From Octopus sinensis (taxonomy: Eukaryota), in assembly GCF_006345805.1 (NCBI RefSeq), contig NC_043004.1, positions 68,014,001 to 68,078,000 of the forward strand: a stretch of DNA of 64,000 nucleotides, written 5' to 3'. A program made the translations under genes and the position numbers. Shown piece after piece: positions 39,773-54,702 of this stretch (the stretch's first letter is position 1; each line of letters begins with the position of its first letter). Below the pieces are notes generated by a model. It was not told the DNA's origin and did no database searches. It saw only the letters and a program-made list of their open reading frames with translations.

Positions 39773-41059
39773 GTGGTCATTATCTTCCCTCTTGTATCAA
39801 GGGGTATAACATTGTATGAAGTTGTAGCTCAGCAATATTTGTTACTTCAACAACCTAGTTATTACTATAAGGCTTTTTGATTCTGTCACAAACCAACACT
39901 TAAAGGTAGCGATGGATAAGCCGATTACATCGAATCTTATACGCAACTGCCACGTATTTTATCAACCTCGAAAAGATAAATGGTAAAGTCGACCTTAGTA
40001 GAAGTTGAATTTAGATCGTAAATAACCGGGGGAAAATGCCCTCAGTTATTTTATCTAAGATGGTGACATTTCTGTCAGCTCAGCGGCTGATTATTATTCT
40101 AACATTAGCTGTATGTTTGCTAATAGCAAATATACATCACGGCCGCAGTTCCAATTCTAGTTCGAATATATTCTGTTCTACTCTAGGCACAAGGCTCGAA
40201 ATTTGTGGCCAGTCGATTAGATCAACCACAGTGTACATCTGGTACTTAATTTATCGAATCCTAATGTATGAAAGGTAAAGACGACCTCGGCGGAATTTTA
40301 ACTCAAAACGTAAAGACAGACGAAGGGCTGTTAAGCATTTCGCCCGGCGTGCTCATGCTTCTGCCAGCTCGCAGTCTTTAAATTCGAATAAATTGCAGCA
40401 ATGCTATTGACGTTGTTATTTGACAGTGATTTTTCCTTTTTTATTTTTTGTTTGTTTGTGTATCTTATTTAAATCAGTTTGGGGAATATTGAATCACAAA
40501 CCGTAGTTTATTGAAATGAATGACTTATTACATCTTATTGTCTGTTTCCTGCGGTGTTAGACAAAATCTTGTGTCAGAACATCAAGGCAAAACAAATACA
40601 TCAACTACAGTCAAACCGAACATGATTAATCAATATATACTTATATGAGCAGGTTACTGCGATATTTCATAACACACTGAAACAAAGAAAAATGCATCTT
40701 GATACAGGACATAGTTATTACGAAATAATAAATTTATTACGAAGTTAGACACATCGTAGAGTTCTCCAGGATGACTCAAGAAATTATCATTCGCAACAGC
40801 ATCTGAAATTCTAGAAAACTCCATCCAAACTTCTTTCAAGCCATTATATACCACTCTAGAAGAGGCCAAGTATACAGTACATATAGTCTAAGACAGACAA
40901 TCAGATGCGACGTTCGCTGATGGAATGCTGTCCATCATAAGTCTACTAAATACGAATAAGTTCGGAGTTAAATAGAAATATCAATAACAAATGTTAAAAA
41001 AAAAATGGCTGTGTTGTAACTCGCTTTGTAGTCACGTGGATTCTGTTATGGCTTCACTG

Positions 41060-41362
41060 CACGGTGAGCGGGGCCCGATTGAGCAAACACCAACCGTTCT
41101 ACCTGCAACACCACAACAGATCTCTTGACCAAGATAAAGAAAGCGTTCGTAGATCTGCCCAAAGACACAGTGAGAAACGAATCCACCAGGTTTCCCGGTT
41201 TCCGGCGTCATGTGATAGTGGTCTACTTTGAGTAAACTGATCTGTGTAAAATGCTATCTCCCAGATATGTCCTGCTTTATATTTTTGATGATTTAAAATA
41301 CTTTTCTTTTTGGATAAGATATCGTTTCCCATTTCTGTCAAACGTTGTTCGAAAACCCTTTG
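41060..41362 (+). mobile_element. Tc1/mariner-superfamily transposase 3' remnant
   Basis: NTNRSTCNTTTDLLTKIKKAFVDLPKDTVRNESTRF...YFE* resembles the C-terminus of Tc1/maT-type transposases. Confidence 0.65.
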
Positions 41363-41929
41363 TCCATGTGAGAGAGTATGTGTGTGCGCGGGTGTATGTG
41401 TGTGTGCGTGTGTGTGTGTAGGTGCTTGCGAGTGCGTGCGAGTGCGTGCGAGTGCGTGCGAGTGCGTGCGACTGCTTGCGTGTCTGTATAATTATTGTAG
41501 CTTTTTTCAACAAATTTTATTCAACACAAACAATAATATTATTTAGCAAAAAATCATCTTTAAATGACAGTCTGACCATCTGCCAAGCAAATGGAAAGGA
41601 GTAATTGAAGTAGATGGTGAATATGCTCCGGAATAACCATTTAAAGATGTTTTTGTTACATGTTATTGTTTTTGTTGAATAAAATCTGTTGAGAAAAACC
41701 GCAATGATTATGCACCAAACAAATAGAAGATCTACCAACTTAAGAGTAAATTCTATGGTCTATTTGTCTGACTAAAACCCTGAAGCCAGTACAGTAGCAT
41801 AGTCACAGTCGAATGACAAAAATAAATCAAACACTAAACAATACACCTATCACTGATTGAAACAGAAGAAAAGATTTTGATTCGCATTTTTTTTTTAGTT
41901 TCTTGTTGCGATAGTGGACACCTGAGAGA

Positions 41930-42335
41930 TATAACCCTTTCTACTCTAGGCACATTGACCGAAATTTTGGTGGGGGGGGGGGGCAAGTCGATTACACCAA
42001 CCTCAGTGTTTCACTGATACTTAATTTATCGACGCCGAATGGATGGAAGGCAAAGTCGATCTCGGCGGAATTTGAACTCAGAACGTAGCAGCAGAAGAAA
42101 TGCCTTTTTCTTTACTACCCACAAGGGGCTAAACACACAGGAGACAAACAAGGTCAGACAGACGGATTAAATCGAACATATCGACCCCAGTGCGTAACTG
42201 GTACTTAATTTATCGGCCTCGAAAAGATGAAAGGCAAAGTCGGCCTAGGTGGAATTTGAACTCAGAACGTAGCGGCAGACAAAATACCGCTAAGCATCTC
42301 GCCCGGCGTGCTAACGTTTCTACCAGCTCACCGCT
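41930..42335 (-). mobile_element. Two tandem SINE-M units
   Basis: ggcggaatttgaactcagaacgtagc-like segments at about 42065 and 42250. Confidence 0.85.
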
Positions 42336-43106
42336 TTAGTTGGGAGATATAACACATGCTATCATACGTTTCGATTGTTTTAGTTTATTGATTCTAAAAC
42401 ACTTTATCAATCAAGTAGAGTACGGGTACGAGATTAACTAGGGTATATAATTACTTACTTCCATGCTTTCCAATTCATATGTCATTAGCACATCTGTGTT
42501 GCGACGCTATATTTGCAAGTATTTCTTCTTGCAAACTAGCATTTTGCGGAGGCACAGCTCTGTAGTAAATATCTTCGCTTTGCAACTACTTCGTATCAGA
42601 CTTAGCAGCAAGGTGCGGCACCTTGGACAAGTGCCTTCTTACTTAGTTCCACGTTCTCCTATGAATTGTGAATGTATACAGTTGAGGCACGGTGTCAGAC
42701 GAAAACTGTGTGAGAGGCAGCTTCATATATCTAATCATCTACAGTTAGTTTATTTACATCCTGGCAAATTTTACTTCTGCAAAAGTAAACCATAATACAA
42801 ATACCAGACTGAAACAGTAAGTATTGAAGTAGACCTGTTCCAGTAAACATTTCAAGGCAAGTACCCCAGTATAGCAACCATCATCCGACGCTTGAAACAA
42901 AAAGTACAAAGGTTACGGAAGAAAGCAAAAGACATCGAGACACCTTCCAGGGAGTCAAGTTACTGTATACTTAAGTCGTACCACTTAAATTTACAATCAC
43001 ACATATTCGCAAAAATACACACACGCGCACACACATACATATTTTTTTCTGAAATATCAGCTTAGAGCCGCGGCTATGCTGATGCACCGCCGTTTAAATG
43101 TGTGAC

Positions 43107-43207
43107 GCTCACAGCACCTAGGTTTTCCCAAGCGGGCACCCATCTAAGTACTAACTCGATGTTGCTTAACTTCGGTGATCGTACGAGAACGTGATATGGT
43201 CATAAGC
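43107..43207 (-). pseudogene. 5S rRNA: 5S rRNA pseudogene with two internal deletions
   Basis: Minus strand GCTTATGACCATATCACGTT^CTCGTACGATCACCGAAGTTAAGCAACATCGAG^TTAGTACTTAGATGGGTGCCCGCTTGGGAAAACCTAGGTGCTGTGAGC. This matches invertebrate 5S apart from two short deletions. The ends pair (GCUUA/UGAGC). Confidence 0.92.
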
Positions 43208-43228
43208 ATATATATGGATATATAAACA

Positions 43229-43286
<58 letters not shown>

Positions 43287-43307
43287 TATGTATGTATATA
43301 TATGTAC

Positions 43308-43338
<31 letters not shown>

Positions 43339-43352
43339 ATATTATATATATG

Positions 43353-43383
<31 letters not shown>

Positions 43384-43416
43384 TATATTATATATATATG
43401 TATGTATATATATATG

Positions 43417-43455
<39 letters not shown>

Positions 43456-43473
43456 CCCTCCTGCTTATATTTA

Positions 43474-43572
<99 letters not shown>

Positions 43573-43802
43573 CCCTCCTGCTTCCATTTCATGAGCGGCC
43601 TATTAATAATAATACTGTAATTGTTCAATTGTTGTTGTTTTTTTGTTTTCCCGTTTGGATTAAAAAAATATATACATATATGTATGGTGTATATATATAT
43701 GTACATGTATATATACACATATATAATATATATATATATGTATGTATGTATATATATGTACATGTATATATACAATATATATAATATATATATATATATA
43801 AT

Positions 43803-43834
<32 letters not shown>

Positions 43835-43844
43835 ATATTATATG

Positions 43845-44280
43845 TAGAGAAAAATACAAACTGGGACAAGAACGTAAAACATTAGAAGACGATACAAAAA
43901 ACACGGACGGGACATTCGAAGCCTTCAGTCTTCAGTCAAGAACCGGATCATTCTAGCAATTTCGGCTGATTAATCTTGAGATCGCTCCGATACGGCCAGA
44001 CCCAAGGAAAAATTAAGCTACGAGCATTAGATTTCTTGGAAGAAGAATCGAATGTATATGAAACAGGGACAGAAAAACGGACGATGCCACACGAATATAA
44101 AATACAAAAAACATAATGGTAAAAACAGGACAAAAACAGCGGGTGTCATACGAATAATAAGCAGTACAACAAGTTTAGCTGGCGTATTTTGAAAAAATGC
44201 CTTTATCGGCAGACGAAGACAACAGATGTTCTCACGGCAGTGGTCGGAGGCCAAAAAGGCTGACTTGATCAGCGGTCACG
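43845..44280 (-). mobile_element. Interspersed repeat, same family as 18946-19065
   Basis: About 120 bp shared with 18946-19065 in opposite orientation. Confidence 0.6.
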
Positions 44281-45041
44281 TGAGAGAAGAGAGAGAAAAG
44301 AAAGGGGGCAAAGGAAACAAAGAGAGAGAGAAAAAGAGGAACGAAGGCAACAAAGGGGGGAGAAGAGAGAGAAAGAAGGAATTAAAGAGGGGAGAAGAAA
44401 GAGGGCGTGCCAAGGATTGGCTTGTGAGTGCAAAGTGAGAAAGACAGAGAAATGTGAGCGAGTGGGGGAGGAGTAGACCATATATGTATATATATATATA
44501 TACATATTTAGTCGATTGATATACTAATTTTATTTAGATTTTTAGTAGCATGACACGTTGTAAATTTCTTAGTCGATTGTATTCAACTTTTTGCATGCCG
44601 TTCTCTATATCTGTATTTTTATTCGCATATATATATTTTTACCGTCTGTGTTTTTTGTATATATGTACCTTATATGTATAAGAACAATAGTAGTATTTAT
44701 CTGTGATGAAATGTTTGGAGGTATGGTGTCATATATGAAGTCGTTGACAAGAATTGGACATTTGTTCTATGATCAATGTAGCTTTATATATGTGTGTGTG
44801 TGTGTGTGTGTGTATGTGTGTGTGTATCGCCTAGAAAATAATTCAGAGATAAGTGACAGACTGAAAAATTTCTCATAATATGCCTGCTACTCTGCAAGAC
44901 ATGAGTTATCGCTATCACCAAACTCCACCAGCCTCTGGCATGGAACTCTAAAGTAGAAAGGAGTGTTATGCGCTCGTTCACACACATATATCCATACATA
45001 TTTGCGTACACACACACACACACACACATACACACACACAC

Positions 45042-45078
<37 letters not shown>

Positions 45079-45092
45079 AGTGTATGTATATG

Positions 45093-45126
<34 letters not shown>

Positions 45127-45822
45127 TTAATGCGTGTTTCTTAATTCCAAATAATCCATAAATTATATAGATATTCTTTGGCATAATCAGTAAAAAATAC
45201 CTGCCTGTAGTGATTTACGATGTACCCTGTGGATTACTCATATTCTTTTTTGCCGTTATAAGTGCATTTTATTGATATGTATGTGGGCTTTTTCTACGCT
45301 TGCGTATCTATACATGAATTCTGCAACGAGAAGTAATAAAACTTTAAATAAATCCCAAAGAAGTACATAGACATACAAATACTTGTCCTCATATACATGT
45401 ATCGACGCATGAATTTATGTGTATGTGTGTGTCTATAAGCCTGTATGTTCTTAGCATGAGTATATTTATGTATGTAGTTTCTTCTATATGCATTTTGTGT
45501 TCGAAATCATTATTCTCCAGCATATGGTTTCAATAATTTCTCCTGAGATATTAAACACAGTTTCTAGAAATCATAACAGCAGGCAAGTCTTACGCAGCAG
45601 CCATTTTTAACTGCTATAATACTTTCACTACGGAGATAATACGCTCGTGTATTTCTGTTGGAAGCGAATGCACGTACGAGCAGCATACGGGGTATGTGTG
45701 TTTGATAAAGTAACGTAATTTTAGAAAAATATTTACACGAACATGAACTGTTATACATTTATACTTGTATATGCTCATATATAGATAAAGCTGTGTATGT
45801 ACTTGTATGAATATATCATCTG

Positions 45823-45864
<42 letters not shown>

Positions 45865-45915
45865 CATGTGTGTGTGTGTATAGAGTAAGAGTGACAATCA
45901 GACAGATAGGTAGAC

Positions 45916-45957
<42 letters not shown>

Positions 45958-46174
45958 ACAGACAGATATACATATATATGCGTATGTATATATTGAATGT
46001 ATGTATATATTGAATGTATGTATATATATATATATATTTCCATATGTTTCTCTCTCTTTATATATTTATATGTGTGTGTGTGTGTGTGCTATTTAGTCAT
46101 CTACTTGTTTCAGTCATTTGACTGTGCCCATGCTGGGACAAGCACAGACATATACACACAAATATACATATATT

Positions 46175-46235
<61 letters not shown>

Positions 46236-47064
46236 TATACACACACACATATATATGTATGTGTGTATATATATACTTACGACAGGCTTCTTTCAGTTTC
46301 CGTCAACCAAGTCTACTCAAAAGGCTTTGGTCGGTCCTAGGCTACAGTAGACGAAATTTGCTCATGTGTTTGGGAAGGAAGCTTGCTATCACATAGCCAT
46401 ATATTTATATCTCACTCTCTCTCTCTCTCTCTCTCCATCTCTCATCTTTCCTCGCTCGCTGCGCTCTCTCAACGGACTGCCCGAAGCTTACTAGCTTCCT
46501 ATACCTTGATCCTCGTATCTTACATTTAAGTATTACATATACATGCGTGTGTATGTATTGTGTGTGTATATATACACATATATATAAATATATACATATA
46601 TATATATATATATACATTTATATACATATATATACTTTTATATATATACTTACATACATGCATACGGGCATACATACACGCCTACATATATGCATGCCTA
46701 CATACACGTATACATAACTATGACTGTATATTGCTTAATGATGTTTTTTGTGTTTCGCGTGTTTAATTACTTCTGTACACCAAGTATTATAAAATCGGCG
46801 TTTAAATTGTTTTGTCGAATTACTCTCCGTGTTTTTGTGTATTGTGTTATACGAGAATAATCCTAAAGCTGGACGTAACTGTTCGTCTTTACTTGTCTTT
46901 ACATAGAAAATAAATAACAATAAACGAACTGACAACGAACATATATATTTTTCTTTTTAGTATATTGCGTGTGCGTATGTGTGGGCGAAAGTACCAATCT
47001 ACCGTAAATACTCTAAAAACAACAGCAACAACAACAACACAGCAGCAGCAATATAGATGTAGCA

Positions 47065-47320
47065 TAGGAAATGTAATTGGTGGAAATACTTTTGGTGGTG
47101 GTACACGACGATACGATAATTGAAGGAGAAATGATAGAGACAATTTCCAAAGAATACAAAAGAAGAATTAGGAAGGTTCTTGAAAGAGGAAATTGAATAG
47201 AGCAGAATTATTAAAGCAATAAATATATAGACTATGTTAGTATTAAAATACTCCGCTCCTTTTCTAAAATGGATAAAGTTCGAGATACACAACTTAGATA
47301 GAACTACACTCTGTTCGCAA
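47065..47320 (+). mobile_element. R4/Dong-clade RT C-terminal fragment
   Basis: TISKEYKRRIRKVL / RIIKAINI*TMLVLKYSAPFLKWIKFEIHNLDRTT. Confidence 0.75.
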
Positions 47321-47581
47321 TGCGCAACGCAAACTATACTACCATTAATACCGGAACGCTCTGACTACAAAGAAATGGACAAAGCGTAGGGTTGTTAAAT
47401 ATAGAAGTCTCGGCTAGAACTGCGATATTGAGGTTCAAAAGTCATCTAATTAATGCAGACAGAATATTGCCGGTGACTTCAAATGTTCAAAAAGTTACTA
47501 AAAGTGTAGGAGAAATCAAGAACAGTGATGACTTAGTTTAGTAAATTCAATAGACCCCAATGCCTAAACGGTATTATTTTA

Positions 47582-47818
47582 GAAGGCGGCGAGCTGGCAG
47601 ACACGTTAGCACGCCAGGCGAAATGCGTAGCCGTATTTCGTCTGTCATTACATTCTGAGTTCAAATCCCGCCGAGGTCAACTTTGCCTTTCATCCTTTCG
47701 GGGTCGATAAATTAAGTACCAGTTACGCACTGGGGTCGATATAGTCGACTTAATACCTCTGTCTGTCCTTGTTTGTCCCCTCTATGTTTAGCCCCTTGTG
47801 GGTAATAAAGAATTAGGT
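47582..47818 (+). mobile_element. Near full-length SINE family M
   Basis: gaaggcggcgagctggcaga head, gagttcaaatcccgcc B-box, and the Meta-like core. Further copies lie at about 37395, 39895, 40190, 48640, 54715, 57088, 57715, 62435, 62585, 63105 and 63375. Confidence 0.88.
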
Positions 47819-47879
47819 ATTATTTTACCAATTCCCAAAACATGAGTGCACCAACAAACTAGATAAGACACATACAGTA

Positions 47880-48066
47880 TACTTGTAGGCATATACAAGC
47901 ATGTACAAACCTTCAAGACGAAAACAGGTGTATGAACAACAAGAAAGTGTTTTAGTTTGACGCTAGAGGAAGTGAAAAAGTATTTTACGTTTCGAACCTA
48001 CGCTCTTCAAAAGAAAGGAATAAGAGAAAATAAACAGAAAGAATAAAAAAGTCGTGGATTCAGCGG

Positions 48067-48070
<4 letters not shown>
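47880..48070 (-). mobile_element. Probable solo PLE terminal repeat with degenerate hammerhead (47982-48017)
   Basis: CTTT-CTTTTGA-A-GAGC(GTAG)GTTC-GAA-ACGT-A-AAAT. G5 and A6 are replaced by UU. Confidence 0.5.
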
Positions 48071-48111
<41 letters not shown>

Positions 48112-50823
48112 TGTATGTATGTATGTATGTATGTATGTATTTTTGTATGTTTTTATATGTACGTATATAATTGTGTCTGGGGAGACCCATTCTGTTTTAA
48201 TGTTTTATTAATGAACATACTCAGCGGTTCGATTTTCACTAATTTCCTTAATTATTTTTGGGAAAATATTTTTGCTTCTTGCAACATCTTTGATAGAGGT
48301 TCACTCGAAATAAATAAATAAATAAGTAAATGTGTAGAAATATATCCGGTGAGTGTGTTAATTGATAAGGCATTAAAACATAATCAGTGTCCCCATACAG
48401 TAAAATATGCTTCAAAACACGAATTCCCGTAAAGTATCTTACAAACCAATACATAAGCGAAATATATATATATAGAAATATGAGCTAAAAAATATAAATC
48501 GAATAACCACAGAAAATCGCCAGCCTCAGGAGATGATCAAGGACCTGCGAGTGGCAAGCCATAACATCTTTCTCTAGCGAGATAAAACTCGGAGAATGAA
48601 GTAATATATATACATTGATTTACTAGGATCGCCGCCTTAGTTTCAAATTTTGGTCAGAAACCAGAAATTTCAGTGGAGATGATAAATCGATTATATTGAC
48701 CTCAGTTCTCAATCGGTACTTATTTTATTGACTTGGAAAGGATGAATAGTGAAGTGGATCTCGGCAGAATTTAGACTCAGAACATAAATGCGGACGAAAT
48801 GCCATTAAACATTTTGCCCGTAATGCTGACGACTCTGCCGTCGTCTCACCGTCTATTATATGTATTCCCATAATGTCCATCATGTTTTGCTATCATGTCC
48901 ACACAACAACGTTACAGTAGGGTCAAAATGTGAGCTTCACGTTGCCAGTCATTAGTCGGAACAAGTAACCGAATCTCTCAGAACTCATTCATTGTCATCA
49001 TCGTATGGAAATGTCATATTAAATAGTGTAAACCTGGTTACACTTCTCTTCATTGGATCCGGTGGGACGTATTTAACAACGCGTCTGTCCTGTCAGAGCT
49101 GATGTAATAGTCCCTGTGGAGAGGTTTGTGATTCTGGTTATTCTAGATAAGGAATAAGCTTCAGCTTAACAATTTCAACATCAAATATTCAACTGAGTTA
49201 AGGGCAAGATATGGTGACGAATTGCCAGTCGTTAGTGCGTTCGATTAAGATAGTTGTCCTATATGGTCTAGGTTTTGTAATCTGAGTTCAAATCGCGCCA
49301 AGTGTAACTTTAATATTTAGGGGGCATAGAAATTAAAGTGCTGGTCAAGTAGCGGAATAGAATCTTCTTCGTCTACTACTACAACTAATCCCTTTCTCTC
49401 TCTTTCTCTCTCACACATACAAATACTCACACACACACACACAACACACACACACACACACACATACTCTCTCTCTTTCTCTCTCTCACACACACACACA
49501 CAGACTTTATCAGACCTCTATCAGAATCTAAGCATCTCCTTGGAAGAAATTTTGTAAATCAGAATCTTCCCCTAAGGAAAGTGTCCAGAAACCATTTTTT
49601 TAACGCTCCCAAGAAAATCCAAAGACAATCTGCATGTGCTCATCGTAGCAGTCATCTGGAATCGTTCGTAAAAGTTCGGCAATAATTTTGTTGTTGCCGA
49701 CAGGAGGAAAGTATAAGTTTCTGATACGTTTTGGACAGATGTAAAACTGTGATACGATTTCAATTTCCTGTTGCAGACATTTTAATTTATTGGAGAAGAC
49801 AATGCTTTTAGGGAGTATATCAATTCCAGAATAACATTTTCCCCCGCATAAAAATTATACTGGGCCTCAGCCTACGGACAAAAATAATGATAAATTTCTA
49901 CTGCATTATGGAGAAAAATGTAAATAGCTATACTTATTCCTCCCCTTCAGGTAGTAAAAAAAAAAGGTCGAAAGTGAATATAGAAATAGATAAATAAGTA
50001 AATAAATACATAGTCAAATCCATGAAAATTAAAAAGTTCTATGCATCGTAGATAGCGTACGTATTTTTCTCTCTGAATATCTGTCTCGTGTAACAGGGAG
50101 AAACAGAATCAGCTGCCAAGACAAACATTCGTGAAGGGGAAAATTACAAAGTATATTCGAAACGGAAAGCTGCGAGAACGCATGCTATTTATATTATGTT
50201 ATTTTATTTAGGCTGGTCTCATTCGTGGAAAGGGGCCTTTGCTGGTATAGCAAGTTCTATGACCAATACAAATTTTATCGATTCCTAAATATTTCCTGCC
50301 GTAAAATGTGTTAGCTCAAAACTTTGAGATAAGAAGAGTACCCTTAGAGTTCTAAATCTAATGGGTAAGGAGAATAAGAGAGAGAGAGAGAGAGAGAGAG
50401 AGGGGGATTAGAAAAGCAGAGATGACGTGGTTGTAGTTCGATGATTGATTAGGGTAAAATATATAAAGGAAAAGGAGAATATTTTAAAACGTTAGGTATT
50501 AATGTAAGTCTGTGAGAGCGTTTGCGGTAAAATATGGCTTTTCGAAATTATTAAAACGTGGCGGAATAACTGAAATAAAGTATAAAAGGTAGTTATAGCT
50601 GATTCGTGCCGAAATTACCCGAGTGTGGGAAAACCGCAAATGCAAATACATATGTATATGCACATATATACGTGGGTATGTGTGTGTATGTGTGTGGTAA
50701 GAATCTTGTTTCCCAACCACGGGATTCCGGCTCGATCCCATTACATGACACCTCGGGCGAGTCTCTTCAGCCAACCAAAGTATTGTGATTGGATTTGGTA
50801 GATGGAAACTGAAAGAAACACGT

Positions 50824-50866
<43 letters not shown>

Positions 50867-50867
50867 T

Positions 50868-51236
50868 GCAGAAGTGGGTATGTGGTAAGAAGCTTGCTTC
50901 CCAACTACATGGTTTCTAGGTCCGTCCCACTGCGTCGAACCTTGGGCTGAACAAAGCCTTATGAGGAAATTTGATAGATGGAAATTGAAAGAAATCCATT
51001 GTATGTGTGTGTATGTGCGTGTGTTTGTGTGTGTGTGTTTGTGTGTTTGTCTGTGATTTTTTATGTCTGTGTTTGTCCCCCAACCATCGCTTGACAACCA
51101 CTGTTGGTGTTTACTCTCCCGTAACTTAGCGGTTCGGCAAAAGACACCGATAGAATAAATCTCGGGGCGATTTGTTCCACTAAATGCACGGCTGCAGCAT
51201 GAACGCAATGAAATGACAGAAACAAGTAAAAGCATA

Positions 51237-51240
<4 letters not shown>
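50868..51240 (+). mobile_element. SINE family C (preceded by a second head at about 50660-50820)
   Basis: Shared modules with other family C copies. Confidence 0.85.
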
Positions 51241-51317
<77 letters not shown>

Positions 51318-51757
51318 TCTTAGATTATCTATATAGTCCTATAGTGCATTTGCACTGGGTCAATGAAGTACTTAATCAAACCTGGTGTTGGCAAAATGAA
51401 TAACAATAAATATTCCAATAGGATTGTTTCAGTGTTAAGGCATTACAGAAATTTTATGCTTTCCAGAACATATCATTTAAGGTGTTAATCTCTTACAATT
51501 GTTTAATCCTAAGCTAGATTAGAAGGTAATGACGAATATAAATTAGTACTTCACAAAACATAAAGAGATAGATGAAGATTTGCAGCCTAGCCTACTCTGT
51601 AGAGGAAGGTTACTGCATTATCTATAAGGAAATACTATTGAGCATAACGTATGAAAAGTTTTTATAATTTTAAGTATACATCTAACAATGAAATCAGAAT
51701 GATTTCTTCCCTTCAGCTTGCGGATATCTCAACACATCCAAGACAACAACGTTGATA

Positions 51758-52085
51758 CGATTTATTTGATTTGATTCCAGGCTTCGTTTGTACTTTCTCG
51801 AGCCATGCCTGGCTCATAAGGGCCGGTTTCCTGATTTCCTTGGCGTATGAGTACCCCCACCTGTACGGGACGCCGGTCCGTCGCAGCTGAGCTGCAAGAT
51901 GCAGGAAGAAAGAGTGAAAACAGTTGTGGCGAAAGATCCAGCAGAAGTTCACCATTACCTACTGCCGGAGCCACGTGGAGCTTAGCTGTTTCACTCATAA
52001 ACACACATCGCCCGGTCTGAGATTCGAACCGGCGATCCCTTAACCGCAAGTCTGCTGCTCTAACCACTAGGCCATGTGCCTCCAC
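51758..52085 (-). mobile_element. tRNA-derived SINE (module B + tail X)
   Basis: Head gtggaggcacatggcctagtggttagagcagcagact; module B gaaac..taagctccacg; tail gcgacggaccggcgtcccgt...atgagccaggc then (AAATC)n. Confidence 0.88.
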
Positions 52086-52929
52086 GATGCCAGGGTAGTG
52101 CTTAGTAAAAGTCGCTTTACGTTTGTTATTACATGCCTCTTGTAATTTTCAGAGATCCAGATGTATTTTGATATACAGAAGTTTTCTTTTCTGTTGAGAA
52201 TGCGGGACGAATATTCTTGCGTACCATATGCCGAATTGAATATGTTTTCATTTTATTTCTATATATCTTTATTGATACAAGAAGAAAGGAAGATTAAGTT
52301 ACAATACCTTTGCCTAACAACATACATATATATGTGTGTATGTTTATGTATGTGTATGTGTGTGTGTACATATAGATACATATATGTATGCACACGCACA
52401 CATATATGTAAGGGTGTATCGATATGTATGAGTCTTTGTGTTTGCACCTCCACCATTACTTGATAACTAGTATTAGTTTGTTTACATCTCCGTAACTTAG
52501 TACAAAGTGATAGTAGAAATACCAGAAAAACAATAATAGTGTAGTAGATTTGTAACATGGCCGCAATGCAATTGGTGAAAGAGGTAAATAATAGGAAATA
52601 TCATAGGGTTTTATACTCTAATTAAAAGTAAAGTCTAACGATATATCAATTATACGTAAATAAACAGGATTGTAAATAGATCAGATTCTATTAGATTGAG
52701 AATAAATATCTTAAAGTATGTCATTATTAAGATTTGAAAAACCTCAACGAATTACATCGTTTTATATTATATGTACAAATTAATATATATATATATATGT
52801 AAATACTTTTTCTATTCCTGAGCGTTATACTAATACATCTGTTTGTTTTGTACACCACCTGTCTTAGTCTATGGTTTTTTTCGAAAACTCTCCCTATATA
52901 TATATATTATATATATATATATATACTCT

Positions 52930-53240
52930 CTTTTACTCTTTTACTTGTTTCAGTCATTTGACTGTAGCCATGCTGGATCACCGCCTTTAGTCAATCAAAT
53001 CGACCCCAGGGGTTATTCTTTGTAAACCTAGTATTTATTCTATCGGTCTCTCTTGGCGACCCGCTAGCTTACGCGACATCTACCAAATTTCCATCTACCA
53101 GTTTCCATCTACCAAATTCACCCACAAGGCTTCGGTTGGCCCGAGGCTATAGTAGAAGACACCTGAGCAAGGTGCCACGCAGTGGGACTGAGCCCGGAAC
53201 CACATGCTTCGTAAACAGGCTACTTACCACACAGCCGTGT
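52930..53240 (-). mobile_element. SINE family C, internally deleted
   Basis: Shared head and tail; the microsatellite module is missing. Confidence 0.8.
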
Positions 53241-54446
53241 GTGTGTGAAGGTGCATAGTTTTCTATAAACAACCTTGCCTTGACTTGTGCCTCGGAGGTG
53301 AACTGTCCAGGCACAATGCCATGTTCATTCATGACCGAAAGGAACTTTATATTCTACCCTTTTAAATGCTTTCGCGATACACTGTTGTATATATATGTTG
53401 ATTGCTCTTTGCCAGGTAATATTACGTATAAATTTATGAACACAAAGATACAGATACAACGTAAATAGATATACCAAATGCACATAAATCGTCTCAGAGT
53501 TTCATTGGCCAACTTTTAGACTGTTTTTATTTATCGTATTAATATAACTAGTAAATATTAAATAGTTTAAAGAAATTTATAAGATTAGCGTGGGAATCTA
53601 AAGTAACGTAGCATTTTTCTATAATCTTATTTGGATTCTATACTTCTTAATACAAGGATTGGATGCTTATAGAAAAATAAAATATATAGTATATAAAGTA
53701 TATAAGACCATGATATATTAATTAAATTAGGGAGGAAATAAGATTTAAATATAAAACTTAAAACATAGTCTAGCAAATGCTTTATATTTTACTTAAAATG
53801 TCTTATAAAATGAACGGTGCACAAACACATACATACACATAGAGGGAGGGAGAGAGAGAGAGTGAATATGAGAGTAAGAAAAAAAAAAAGAATGGAAGAC
53901 GCCGACGATCCTCCGCCATATTATGCCATCCAGTGAAGTCTAACAAAATTTTGAAGTTACAAATTGTACGCTACAAGTAAGTTTATTTCAAGTAAGTTTA
54001 TTACTTTTTCTCGTTCAATCGTTTACGTCTTTCATGTTAAATTACGAGGTATATGTCACATAGCAGCAATAAAATAGTTTGTAATTTATTAATTCAAAAT
54101 ATATTTACTTATACAAAGATATATAGCGTTAAATATCATCGTTAGCTTGTTGAAGGAAACCTTATATTTCCAACTCAAAATCTGTCGGTTAATTGAATTA
54201 TTTTCCAGACATCGGTAAGAGCAGCGTTCGTTCACTAAGTTTAAAATACGTATAAAACATTTGTCCCTCAGCAAATCAAAGAAAATATTCTTTTATTTTC
54301 GGCGGTAAACTTTTCATAGATTTAGTAGTAAATTATTATATATAAATACATTCAACTTTTTATTAATGACATATTGTAACTAATGCTAACTGATATATAA
54401 ATATATGTGTGTATAGCTTTGAATTAGTGCTAAGTAAGCTTACTAT

Positions 54447-54702
54447 TGTATTGCGGTGTCGAATCTCAGACCGGAAGATGTGTGTGTTTATGAGCGAAAC
54501 ACTTAAGCTCCACGCAGCTCCGGCAGAAGTTAATGGCGAACATTTGCTGACTCTTTCGCCACAACTTTCCTTCACCCTTTCCTCCTGCATCTTACAGCGC
54601 ACATGCGACGGACCGGCGTTCCGTCTACGTGGGGAACCTATACGCAAAGGAAACTGAGAAACCGTCCCTTATGAGCCAGGCATGGCTCGAGAAGGAAAAA
54701 AA
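54447..54702 (+). mobile_element. tRNA-derived SINE (module B + tail X), 5'-truncated
   Basis: Collinear with the reverse complement of 51758-52030. Confidence 0.85.

Noticed and set aside
40654-40869. Protein-looking minus-strand ORF (YNGLKEVWMEF...)
   Set aside because: There is no convincing splice donor or recognisable family.
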